Part shown: piece by piece, positions 37,195 through 50,385 of the stretch | Layout: each line of letters opens with the position of its first letter | How positions within the stretch are numbered: position 1 is the first letter of the stretch | Source: Ylistrum balloti | Lineage: Eukaryota | Direction: 5' to 3' | NCBI RefSeq assembly: GCF_031769215.1 | Contig: NW_026781931.1 | Coordinates: 434,001 to 498,000, forward strand | Length of the DNA: 64,000 bases | Position numbers and translations under genes: made by a program | The notes under the pieces: model-generated | The model's database searches: none | Told to the model about the DNA's origin: nothing | The model's input: the letters and a program-made list of their open reading frames with translations, nothing else

Positions 37195-37890
37195 ATCAGG
37201 TCTGTATTGTCGGATCTGTATGTATTGTCTGGTCTGTATGTATTGTCAGGTCTGTATTGTCAGGTCTGTATGTATTGTCAGGTCTGTATTGTCTAATCTG
37301 TGTGTACTGTCAGGTCTATATGTATCGTAAGGTCTGTATGTATTGTAAGGTCTGTATTGTCTGATATGTATGTATTGTCAGATCTGTATGCATTTTCTGG
37401 TCTGTATGTATTGTCAGATCTGTATGCATTGTCTGGTCTGTATGTATTGTCAGGTCTGAATGTATTGTCAGGTCTGTATGTATTGTCAGGTCTGAATGTA
37501 TTGTCAGATCTGTATGTATTTTCTGGTCTGTATGTATTGTTTGGTCTGCATGTATTTTCTGGTCTGTATGTATTGTCAGATCTGTATGTATTGTAAGGTC
37601 TGTATGTATTGTCAGGTCTGTATGTATTGTAAGGTCTGTATGTATTGTAAGATCTGTATGTATTTTCTGGTCTGTATGTATTGTCAGATCTGTATGTATT
37701 GTATGGTCTGTATGTATTGTAAGGTCTGTATGTATTGTAAGATCTGTATGTATTTTCTGGTCTGTGTGTATTGTCAGGTCTGTATGTATTGTCAGGTCTG
37801 TATTGTCTAATCTGTGTGTACTTTCAGGTCTATATGTATCGTAAGGTCTGTATGTATTGTAAGGTCTGTATGTATTGTCTGGTCTGTATT
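37195..37890. repeat. 18-bp minisatellite in TRIM intron
   Basis: Unit caggtctgtatgtattgt with variants; source of the DLTIHT and CMYC repeat ORFs. Confidence 0.97.
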
Positions 37891-38203
37891 GTACTTTTTC
37901 CGTCCAATATGTCCACATACTACATATTTACTGAAATAACCTTAATCTTGAGATGTGCTATAATGACAGTAGTATCATTTATTGGAACGAAATGTAAGAA
38001 AATCAGAAAAGGGATTTACATTAAACAGGAAGATGGTGACGTCACATTCCAATCCTAACCAGAAACCATGACACATTTGTAAACAGTTTTGTCATGAATT
38101 GTTCATATAGGGTATCTCACTCGATCTTTGATGATGGAGATTTTATTTTAAAATCCCCACTGTCATCCTTGTTGATACATCTAGAACATCGACTTTTAAT
38201 GGC

Positions 38204-38280
38204 GATACGAGACCTAATTACACCTGATATAGACGGAATCAGATACGAGACCTAATTACACCTGATATAGACGGAATCAG
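38204..38280. repeat. 38-bp perfect tandem duplication
   Basis: gatacgagacctaattacacctgatatagacggaatca x2. Confidence 0.95.
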
Positions 38281-38899
38281 AACAACACAGAATAAATAGC
38301 GCCCGACAGACGGACTTGTCCCTTCAAAGTTATTTATATCTCACGCATTTTGATGTTTTTGAATAATCGGACACATTTGGAAATGATAATGACCAGATCA
38401 CACAAACACCGGCGTATCACAGGCTACATCCGTTCTCGGCGCCATCTTTACAAGTCGTTTCGATATTCTGATTCATGAATACTTTGTAAGAGGGACTCTC
38501 ATTAATTACGGAGCATGTAACACCCTCCCTTTCGCTTTCTATGTTTCCATTGAAACATGCTTTGGCAGTTTTTGTTTTGTGAGACAAACATGTGTGTTGT
38601 TATATTATGTGCCAACACAAAGAAATATACTTATATCGTTTTGTTGATTTTGGCAGTAAAATCGTTTGTGATGTCCGTCTCTGTATATATGATCCCTTAA
38701 TCTGTTTCTTGGTCTTACAATAGAGCTACGTAAGGAGAAACATGTTTTAACGTGCATCATTTCTCTTAACTTAACCCCCAAACAGAAGTGCTCTATCGCA
38801 ATATTTCTTGGGTGCTGTTTAGGTGTCAGTAAATACAGAAAATTGTAAACAAATATTTTATGTGAAAATTAATTTTTAAAAAAAGGTAATTCAACTCAC

Positions 38900-39055
38900 C
38901 TTTGAAGACCTTTTGGTGAAATCAATAGAATTTTGCCTAGTATAGTTACATCCTGAATTTTGCCAAAATGGCGGCTATTTATAACGTTACAAAATTATGT
39001 GACGTCATAATGCATGATAGAACGAAATTGCGGGTAAATTTGTGATCACGTGACA
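38900..39055 (-). promoter_or_regulatory. Probable TRIM gene promoter and non-coding first exon
   Basis: Consensus donor AAG|GTGAGT at 38900/38899; YY1 AAAATGGCGGC (38965-38975); CRE TGACGTCA (39000-39007); E-box/CLEAR-like TCACGTGA (39046-39053). It would splice to the 35136 acceptor across a 3.76-kb intron (inference). Confidence 0.6.
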
Positions 39056-39556
39056 AGATAAAGGGTATAAACAGCAGATTTATGACACATTGTATCGAAG
39101 AAAATATATTTAATTCATTGGATGAAAGTAATTAATGTCTTGTACAATATGGATGTTTATGTTCTCTGGGATTGGAAACAATGTTAAAATGTACAAAATA
39201 CAACTAAAGAACATTACAAACGTCTTAAACAGAAAAACTGGGTGAATATAAAGACAAAGATTCCAGTTTCTTCAAGTGTTTCAAACATTTTTGCACATAC
39301 GAGTAACGAGTGCAAAGCATTCTTAACGTTACGTATGGAGTAATTGCGAGGGAGAGAGGCGGCAAACGTGACCATCTACTAGTGAAAAGGATACATGATG
39401 GACACTATTACCTACCTAAGAAATCTTTACGATGAACATTTTCAAACGAAAACGCGTATATCACATCAGTCCAGCATTTAGATACGAGAAAAGTATCACG
39501 GTAACTTTAAGCATGAAATATATGTCGACGGTGTAATTTCATTAAGACTTACACAG

Positions 39557-40398
39557 ACATTGTGACACAGTAAAACGTCCAGTACAAACCAAGATCTGTC
39601 TCACAGGAGACATTGCCACACAGTAAAACATCCAGTACAAACCTAGATCTGTCTCACAGGAGACATTGCGACACAGTAAAACATCCAGTACAAAACCTAG
39701 ATCTGTCTCACAGGAGACATTGCCACACAGTAAAACATCCAGTACAAACCTAGATCTGTCTCACAGGAGACATTGCCACACAGTAAAACATCCAGTACAA
39801 ACCTAGATCTGTCTCACAGGAGACATTGCCACACAGTAAAACATCCAGTACAAACCTAGATCTGTCTCACAGGAGACATTGCCACACAGTAAAACATCCA
39901 GTACAAACCTAGATCTGTCTCACAGGAGACATTGCCACACAGTAAAACATCCAGTACAAACCTAGATCTGTCTCACAGGAGACATTGCCACACAGTAAAA
40001 CATCCAGTACAAACCTAGATCTGTCTCACAGGAGACATTGCGACACAGTAAAACATCCAGTACAAAACCTAGATCTGTCTCACAGGAGACATTGCCACAC
40101 AGTAAAACATCCAGTACAAACCTAGATCTGTCTCACAGGAGACATTGCGACACAGTAAAACAGCCGGTACAAACCTAGATCTGTCTCACAGGAGACATTG
40201 CGACACAGTAAAACATCCAGTACAAAACCTAGATCTGTCTCACAGGAGACATTGCGACACAGTAAAACATCCAGTACAAACTTAGACCTGTCTCACAGGA
40301 GACATTGCGACACAGTAAAACATCCAGCACAAACTTAGATCTGTCCAACAGGAGACATTGCGACACAGTAAAACATTCAGTACAAACCTAGATCTGTG
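39557..40398. repeat. 53-bp minisatellite (~16 copies)
   Basis: Unit gacattgc(c/g)acacagtaaaacatccagtacaaacctagatctgtctcacagga. Confidence 0.97.
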
Positions 40399-43369
40399 CG
40401 ACAGTAATCGAGAAATAGGGTATAGCAGATTTCTGAGCTGAAATATACAGATTATCTATGTTGGTCCCGCCAGATAAACCTACATATAGTTAATCTCTGC
40501 TGGCCAGGTTTTATGATTTTGAGGTCTGTAATCAGAGCTATTTGAGTCAATTTCTTATCCAACAAGGCCCCAGTGTCTAGTTCCTAACCGACAAAAAAAA
40601 ACAAACATAAATTTTCGTCATAACTGTCACACTTTAATCTTCATCAGTCATATACTAAAAAGTGTTGGTTATCTTCAGTTAGCCAGCTGTTGAGAGGACG
40701 TTACGCCCTAAACAAACCTATTTGAAACAATCGTATCCTGTCAATAGCGGGACAGATGACTGACTTACCTGTACAGTATCATAACACATCTCGTTGTTGT
40801 ATACCTACAGCCATCACTATGGAACATTCATATAACACTTTTATCACGTCCTCTCTACTTTGGTCACGTGGTAGGTCGCCGAAGGGACCAAAGTTGGCAT
40901 CTGTTGGGTATAGCGAAAGTCCAACAAAATGCCCGTCACCTGTTTCGCATGGACAGGTAATTCCTGAACCGACAAACCGTTATCGGGTCACCAGAAGATA
41001 GGTCCTATTGTTCTTCAACAGTATGTGGTAGACGGACAGAATTTTTGGCCGCATTACAGACAATCGTTAGCAAGCGGTACCTGATACTGTCTTACCACGG
41101 AAACTCTGTCTGGGGAGGCGTTGAAACAAACTGATCAATGGAACAGCCCAGAATGTCTGTCAGGGGAGGTGTTTGAGTAGACTGATCAATAGAACAGCCA
41201 AAGAAGTGTCATTAATTCCGTTACGGACTGAGTACCAGACAATTGAATCCAGTACCGACCAACTTTCACTGTTCAGAAATCTTATCTGGTACAATATTGA
41301 ATGTTTGCTAAAATATTCATATCCCCTGCCTATTTTGGGAATGGCTGGTAGTCTAGGTGTTCGAAGGTAAAGGTCCGGAAACTTTGGATACAACCTAGGC
41401 ATGTATCCTGTTACACAAATATATGAAGTCAAAGGAAAAGTCTGTCGACAGAAACAGGATCAAAGAGGTCAATTTCGCTCATCTTTCACCAAGGTAGTCC
41501 GGCCAATTTTCACTTTACACGGTATTCCGGACATAATTTTCACGATGTATAAATGTAACACGTAGACGATGCAAGACTGCTGTCGGTGATGATCAAACAC
41601 ACTGCTGTCTGTGTAGTATCAGCTCCTGTGTACTATCACGGTATACAAGTTCATAAACAATAAACAAAATTATACATAGCATGTGCACGTGCTGCTCAGG
41701 TCAGGGACATATGATTATGTATTGTTATATAATTCTAGTCCTCCGTTGGGTTAAGATTTATTGAATATTTCGTTCAGTACCAGATTAAGCTGCTGCCATT
41801 CCACTAAAGTTGAAACCTTGCCAGATGTCATAAAATGTTATTAAGACCTATGTTTCCTTGATATATATGTTTGTATAAAATCAATATATTGTACTTTATA
41901 CATCGATCTAGACTGTTTGTTACTGTTATAAAACAATATTGCTCTCTGAATGGAATAATAGTTCGTGTACCAGCCGCATCACTGAAACGCTCCTAGTGTA
42001 AGTTTCCCATTGAAGTTGACAAGCTCTTGAAAGATCTTGATCTACAATAGTGAACTAATCTCAAAGGTCATCTGCTAGTTGCTAGGGTCACGTGAAAGTT
42101 CAACTAAGTTGTTGCTGAATGTATTGCACGTGGAAATAATTGCTGAATGGACGTGTTCCTTATGAGAGATATTCGTCTGAATCGTAACAATTATGTAAAG
42201 CTGGTGAGATAGCGCCTGTGCTGGCACTCATAGCCTGGGGCTATACACAACGTACACGACTTATCATTCACGCTAGCGACAAAAGAGAGCTGATATAGGG
42301 AAACAATACTCTTCATTTATATATTGTATAACTTTTTTAAGAGTACTCAAGATCAAATTCCAATCACAAGTCTACATCCCACCGATAGCATACAAAATGA
42401 TCTCCATTTATTATAGATAATCGACAAACGGAAATGGATACCACGTGTAGTTATAAGCATCAAAACATTTGGGAAATTGAGCGCTGACTGAACACGTGCT
42501 GTTGTCACGATATATTCTGAGTACAGTATACACAATGTCTGATAAACCCCCGTAATTAAAAGCAGGTCAGTAACAGTCAATGCAGTCATTGGGTACAGGG
42601 GATTTTATAACAATACAATAATTGATATGTGCTAGGAAAATACACTTAACTTCCAGGAGACTTCTCCAATCACAAACTGATATCGCTCATATTGTGACGT
42701 CATCGCAACAGACCTATCAAAAATCACTTAATGTCGAGGGGGAGATTTAAACATAAGTGTACTCATACATTTTACTACAACTTCCATTTGATTTTATCTG
42801 TAAAGTTGTAACTGTTTAGCTGTTTGAGATGTTAAAGGACTATTTTCATAATTTTGTTTTTATCATTTTCAAAGTGAGCTTTGAAAATGTTAAGTTTAAT
42901 TTTAGCAGGAGATATTAAAGCTTGGTAGCTACTTAAGAGTAACGGTGTGGCACTACATCTGATTTCGCGACTTTTATTATAGATAGCGCTAAAATCTCCT
43001 AGCTGAGCTATAGACCTATGTAAAGCATAGTAATATTTATATACATTGAAGTATGATAGTTAATTTACCTAACGTTATATACGTCTGCGCCTAACTTTAG
43101 TATCAAATAAAACATAAACTTCTTCTTGCTTATATATAATATATATCACGTGATCTTAAATATGTTTTTACTTCATATAAGATTTCATGAAACGAATCTT
43201 TGGAAAGTTATTTTATTGTTTAATTGACAATAAAAAAAATCTGACTGTACTGAGCACGTGTACAATACATTGGTAGCATACGACCAGACTACAACAGAGT
43301 GCAAACACGTGCGTTGCTATAGCTTTATAAATGTAGCGAATACGTTGACCTTCGTTGGCAATACAGATA

Positions 43370-43730
43370 AACCTGTTGTTTATCTTAAATAATGTCGATA
43401 AATATATATATAATCTTTATCTTATGTTAGAACCGATATAGGTATTTAACTTTTCTTTTTATCTTAAATTAGTGTCAATAAAGATGGACAACCTGTTGTT
43501 TATCTTATGTTAATGTCAATAAAGATAGACAACCTATTATTTATCCTTAATAGAGTCGAAAAAATTAATCTAACCTGCATATAGTTTACCTTAGTTAGTG
43601 TCGATAAATTAATTCAACCTGCTATTTATCTCATGTTAGTGTCAATAAATAGATAACCTGTTGTTTATGTAAGAGTTTCCTTATTTAGAGTCAGTAAATT
43701 TCTTTAACCAGCTGTTTATCTGATGTAAGA
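43370..43730. repeat. Old, degenerate ~40-bp tandem repeat
   Basis: Recurrent aacctgttgtttatcttaNNtNagtgtc(a/g)ataaa motif, about 8 copies. Confidence 0.7.
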
Positions 43731-46700
43731 GTCGATAATGATGCATATCCTGTTGTTTACATTTCTTAAACGTCTACAGATTTTCTTCTTCTGGTTTTTC
43801 ATTAAACAGACCAAACATATCAAACGACATTTATGAAAAATCGAAAAGATAAAAGCCCCGGGAATGCAATATAAGTTAGAGTCAAAAGAAATATTTCCAA
43901 GATCCATTAAAACTCGTATGTATTATAAGCGCCACCCCTGTATTGCAGTATTAAACGTAAAATATATTATACATAAACATTTCATCGAAATTACGTTAAA
44001 AGTGTGAAATACTATTTAGAGATATTGAGGATTGATAACTTGGTTATGAATGAAATAAAATATGCATAGTGCTTTACTCTCTTCAAACGCAATGGAGACA
44101 CCGGAAGAGTTCTCCGTCCGTAAAAATTATTGGAACTTTGGACCAATATCTATCAGGTACAGATGTATAGAGTAACTACAGACTCTGGTAAACAGACACG
44201 AGCTACTAATTGTTAACTGTATCAGTTACTGACTTCAGCAATACAATCAAGTCCAAGAAAGGCATACTTACGAGGTAACGAGAGACTGCACACCAGATAT
44301 AAGTTTTCGTTATATCTTTTCACAAAGAATGGTTTTTTATCCTGTTCACAAGCAAGTAATGTAATCCTGACACAAACTAGGGCAATACTTCCTGATAGTT
44401 ATTCCAACATACACATCAACAACACTCCACACATATGTCTGCTTCAGAGCCAGTGGTGCACCTCATACGTTGCTACATCAACGTCTATTGGGATGACTAA
44501 GCTTGTCATTGGCATCCTACCATTGTCATGGCAACAGCGGGACGCTATGTACCTTCAGATAGGTACAACGATCTTAGTAAGAGATCAGAGCGTGCGCCTT
44601 AACATAATGCTCCACCAAAAACGTGTGTGTGTATGAATGGGACTTAATGATAGTTGGCGGAAGGATGCCATTTAGATCAAGGAGTGAAATGTCAGGTAGA
44701 ATTGACACATCGTCTAGAAGTATCTGAACTTGGCGGGGTTATCAAGCGTGCCTGAGATCCCGAGTTGAGATTGATAGAGTTGAAGATACGGAGGTATGGT
44801 GAATGTATCTACATGTAGGGAATGGCTGCAGCTCTGCGGAGCAAACGTACGTCACAGACCCACCAACCTCGTCACCTGGGGAGGTGAAGAGCGAAGCACC
44901 TACGGAAATGAGCATACATTTAACGTATCGAAACACCGACGCCAGTTCCCTAACTGCTGGTTAAAAGCCGACGATTAACAAGATTTTTAGGTACATCCAT
45001 CTGATGTATCTTATAAGTCAGCCCGTCCATTGTCGCCTTGATTTCAGGAGAGTTAATTATCATACGCGAGCGTGCAGATTCGTCTCAACTAATTCCAGAC
45101 GTCAGCCCTTAATCAAAGCAACAAACGAATGCAACATTTGCGATTATCGTGTTAAAGTAGCGATTTTTTTCAGTAATTGGTTATAGTCGGAAATATATCC
45201 TATTTTATTGACAGAAACAATTTGGATACATAACAAATTCAACTAAAAGAAACAGACACGCCTTTTTCATTTCCCTTCGTTTATTTTCCATTAGACAAAA
45301 CGTATATACGTTAAAAAACCTGTCGGCAAAGGTAGACAACTCATTACCACAAAATAATGTCGTTGAAATTGGTATGACGATACACTGATTATTATTGATT
45401 AATTCAGTAATTATTAACTGTGTAGATATGAAATCGTTCGTAAGTAATGTCGACGTTTCAGTCAGCTGACGTATTCACCGCGAACAGTGGCCATACTGAC
45501 AGATCGACACGGCAGATACAAAATAGTCTGTCAGCGGTGTCGAGATACGAAACGATCCAGGGGTATTCGCCGTGATTATACACGGGGAATTCAAACAGAT
45601 ATAGTGACGTAAATTGTTGTGCAACCTATAAATAAATATCATGAGCAGACTAATGTTACATCACATGGGAGGAGAATCTTGATGTGGACAGGTAGACGTG
45701 TGAAATCCGGATTCTAAATCCAGGAATGTTGCCAGAGTTAGAATCGTAAAGAAAACATATCGATGATGCAGATTCGTGTATCATTTTAAACAGGCGCGAG
45801 TCTGTTTGTGTGCTCAATATGGATATTGTCGAGGCGAGCGCATTACACGTTAAATTTAGATAAAATGGACAGGAATTCAACTTTCGAATATCCCAATTAT
45901 TTCCTATAAAACGTTGCACTCGGAAATAAAAGCACTTGCGCATTAACTGCACCGAGGGACCTGGCTCGGTTCTATAGAGAGGAGAAAGTTAGGGTTTAGG
46001 TTACAGGCGTGGATAAAGGGGAGGGGGTTGGTTTGAGAACTAAGAATATATAATGGGCGAATGTGGTGGTGAGAGTGGAATTAAACATTTGTTCTGTAAC
46101 CTTTCTTTTGTTCCTATTTTGCCCTAGTTATATTGAGTTTGAGTTTGGATTATGTTGACAGGTCGGTATGTCCTTGTTGTTTTTCCTGACATATTTGTCA
46201 AAGATATACTTTCCCTACAGACACAAGCAGTGGTCGTTCTACGTAAAGGCAGATTCCTTCATCCTACAAGCTCAGGTTTCCGTGGCGTGACTTTCAATGT
46301 CTTACAGTAATCAGACATACACGACGCGTCTAATTATTATTTTTAATTAACAAAATTAATATTTGTATTTAATGTTAATATGGTGTTATGGGCGGATGGA
46401 TCCAGGATTCTCGGTTAGCGGGGCGCACATTTTTTAAACCGAAAAATACACACCCTCCCCACTACTACTACTTATAGAAAATAAGGACTCACAATTGTAC
46501 ACAATTACAGTACGGGTAGCCCAGATACTGAGAGCATCGTCAACGTTAGCAAATGTCATCAAGTATAATGAAATAAAGTGTAGCAAGTTCCTGTTATTAC
46601 AAACATGTATTGCTTTTATCATCATATACCGAGTACAACAGTTATGGCGAGTATCGTGAATATTTATGGTGAAGCCGATCTGATGATAAAATCTAGAGGG

Positions 46701-48119
46701 ATATCGAATAAGGAATATACTTTTGTACTTACTACTCCTGAAACAACTACCATTGGCTTTTTCATTTTATTGGCTCAACACATAATACACAAGGATTAAA
46801 TTGATAACAACTGATAATTTTTAAACAGAATATAGATTGGTGTTTGGCTCAATTTCAATCCATTTGTTACATTATTCCATCCACATACATGCTCATCAGG
46901 TGTCTACTATAAAATCTAAGTCGGAATCGGACTGATAAGCCACAGCCGGAAACGTCGGAAAAACGCCCTAACAGAAATACGGAGACAGCGGTCATTTACA
47001 GATTTACTCGAGTGCATATAAACTCTGCAGAAGTGAGATAACATAATTTGATTAATCGATAATTAAAACCCTTCGCTTAATTTTCAAAAGGTATGCTTTT
47101 CTTACAAAGAACTCTGTTATATATGTGAAAATAATGAAGAGACTTAAAAAGAAATTTACTTTTTACAACTAAAAACCTGCAAACATGTCTCAGAACCATA
47201 ATTAACTTTATCAGCACACGTGTTCAGCGTAACAGGTGCTCGGTACTCCGATGAATGGGGGTTAAAGTCGAGTGCACTGTTAAGTGTTCTCGTCATCTTT
47301 TGCAACAGACCGTTCTCTGTTACATAACTTTGTCCTCTCTCGGTATTACAAACAAATACATATATATTCTAAGCGACATTATAGTAATATAGAGCCGTGA
47401 ACTAGTACATTTCCTTCACTTGACAATCAATGATGGAAAAAGAATTTTTTATTACCGAATTCTGCGTCTGACATGAACAAACCGTGCGAAGAGTTTTTTA
47501 TAATCTTTTCAAACACTCTTCATCTGACTATTTTATTCACCCATATCGAATCTAAAGTAAAGAAAATTTGCAGTGTTGCCTTTACTTCTGAAACCTGTCA
47601 CATTTTTTGTAAATTTCCCCGACATCTGATGCATGCAAATGTAGAATTTGTAAGGCAGAAATAACAAAACATCACAGCTCTTCCAGAACTTTAAAATTGA
47701 GCATGTCAAAATGCTTGAATAACTAAATTTTCTATTGAATTCCATGAGATAGGTTTTATCAAAGGCGTTTGACTTCTGAGCGGCTGCTAGAGTTCTGGTG
47801 GTGCCAGCATGATGCAGAAGTATGAGAAATGACGCGAGCTCCATATGTTCAAAGACAATCACATGTCGGAATCTGTTCTCAAAGTAGAGCATTGCATGCC
47901 TTGAAATATTAAAATCTTATCTTATAAACTACATATAAATATCTATTATATCCCAAAGTATTGCCGCATACTGCACATGTATTTAAATAACACACCACGA
48001 ATTCGAGGCGCGTCTCAAGCGCGGAATCCAGTCTTACGGCTCCGAATTTACCTTAGAAAGTCAGAAACGGAAAGGATTTCTTGGTTGTTGATACAACAAC
48101 ATGCTCTCAAGAAGTACAC

Positions 48120-48170
48120 ACAGAGACAAAGAGACAGAGAGAGAGAAAGAGAGAGAGAGAGGGGGGGAGA
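48120..48170. repeat. (GA)n microsatellite
   Basis: cagagacaaagagacagagagagagaaagagagagagagagg. Confidence 0.85.
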
Positions 48171-49175
48171 GATTACTGGTACGTTATGTGTGTTGACTCA
48201 AGATGATATACCAAGTATAGTTACGACACCACAACAATAAGTATTGAGTCAATGATGTGGAACTAGCTCAACGTTAGCACTGTAGGTCTCGTGACTAGGG
48301 AATATGTATGTCTGTGTTGAGCTTTCGGATAACGTAAAAATAGTTCCTTTTCACTACTTGCATAAAAAGCAGGCTATAATGAAGGAAAAATCGAACAATA
48401 GATGTTTGTCCTATAAAATGCAGAGCATTTAATATCTTGTATATAATGTATATCTCGGAGATGTTTGCTTCACGAATTATTCTTGTTGTAATAAGTCTAC
48501 CGTTCAAGTGTTTTATCGTAGAGTTGGTAATATATTACAGCTTACATTAGAGTACATCAAACAGAACCGCTTCCTGTGTATGTTACTAATGATAACTAAT
48601 CCTTAAACCGGAAACAGAATTCCAGAAGAGAAATAGTCTCACTCTACCATCTATTTACAATTTCATAAAGAGATCAAGCGGCTGGATGACCGAGATTAGA
48701 GTTACCTGCGTTATACTAACGTACGACAAACATTACTGTGGTGCATGCTGTATCCCGCTTTTACTTGATTACGTTCAAACCAAGTATAGTTTGCAGAAGA
48801 TATGTTAATATGGAATTAAATGTTTCGACTAGGAACATATTCCAGTACCAGATGAGCAATTTTGTATATAACTTTATAATAAAACTTCAAGGAACGAGGC
48901 AGTCAAAACCCAATCAATGAAAACGCTGTAATGCAGACGAAAATTCGATATGAAAATCAGTCAATCTATACTAAAATTTGGCTGATAATTATGGACGCGG
49001 TATGACTCCATATATATTTACAGGGCATTCTGCTTATATGACTAGTTTCAACCCGATTTCCTCTTCGCTTATAATAAAGCTGAACATCTTATTAGGCCTT
49101 GACTTTTTCATGTCATACATGTGATACTTAATTCTCATTTTGGCTTGTGAATTATGATTGGACATGTTTCCACAA

Positions 49176-49442
49176 ACCGGAAGTAACAGCCATTTTAATG
49201 GTGTATTTGCGTTAAGGACCACGTATGTATTGTTGGATTTGCTTACGATATTTCCTTTTTTGAAAACAAATGAAAATATCTTTAGGCCACAGGTTCAAAC
49301 ATATATTCTCTTATCAATTTACACCGCGAAAGTTGTATGTCGGCAGGAAAATGACCTTCTCTGTTTTCGCGGTAAAACACCATTCTACATGACGTCAACG
49401 CCGACTGAAAGAAAGACATCGAGCACTGTTGGTCACGTGACC
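49176..49442. promoter_or_regulatory. Second CRE plus E-box module (candidate promoter/enhancer)
   Basis: ETS ACCGGAAGT (49176-49184), CRE TGACGTCA (49390-49397), perfect palindrome GGTCACGTGACC (49431-49442); minus-strand donor-like ATC|GTAAGC at 49247/49246. Confidence 0.4.
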
Positions 49443-50286
49443 GTGAAGCTTACGTTTTCGTACAACATATATATACAAGCATCAATTTCTATGGTAGGAC
49501 AGTAAGAATGTTGGTAAGATATTTTCTTCAGAGCCAGCACCTATAATAACTAACAGAGTGCAAAGTACAGAAGAAGGAAATGAAAGATATGTAAGAGATA
49601 GATGATGAGCTTGCTGTCAGCGGACCCCGGACAGAATAATTACCGCCAATACTACCAGTAGATGGGAAGGACAGATGTTGCCGATGTTGCAATGGCGGGG
49701 AAAGACTTCCCTTACCTTGCAGTGGTTTTTCTAGACATAGGTCAAAACCTTACGTTAAATGAAGCTGTTTGTTGACTGATTCGAGACGTGGCAAGTATAT
49801 GTGATGTTTATCGTTCCGTTTTACCATTTATATCGGTTTTGTAGTCTGAGCATGCGTGTTTGACCTTGAGACTATAGATAGATCCGAGTTGAAATGAAGC
49901 TGTCGTCCCATTGGCAATGACTTTTGAGATACAGCAGCAGCGCTGAGTTAAGGAAACTCTACCCAATGGCATAATCTCCCTATTTCATCATTCCTCAATT
50001 GGCTTTAAGCGAAAAAACGAAATTTAATCGTAATTTCAATGTTTGCTATATGGATAAGAAAGTACTTAAAAAATTGCAACTGAAAATAAATAATCAGCAG
50101 AGTTGATATAAAAGGTGTGTATTGATTAATACCATCGCTAAAAGCCAGAATTCTCTTCGGCGTTATGTTGGACCATTATTGCCCTCGCATGAGAAAACAC
50201 CAGTTGTAATGGCGGTAGGGTATATCTTTTTCCCTCCCAAGGATAACACCATTTGTCGGTGGGATATATAACCCTCACCTATCCTG

Positions 50287-50385
50287 AATATATAGATGTC
50301 TGTTGTGTATATAGATGTCTGTTGTGTATATAGATGTATGTTGTGTATATAGATGTCTGTTGTGTATATAGATGTCGGTTGAGTA
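50287..50385. repeat. 19-bp tandem repeat x5
   Basis: Unit tatatagatgtctgttgtg. Confidence 0.9.

Noticed and set aside
45991-46002. TTAGGGTTTAGG telomere-like motif
   Set aside because: Only two imperfect units; expected by chance.
47533-47892. 119-aa ORF with a KSNAFDK motif vaguely like the non-LTR RT KAFD motif
   Set aside because: No other RT motifs nearby; likely chance.
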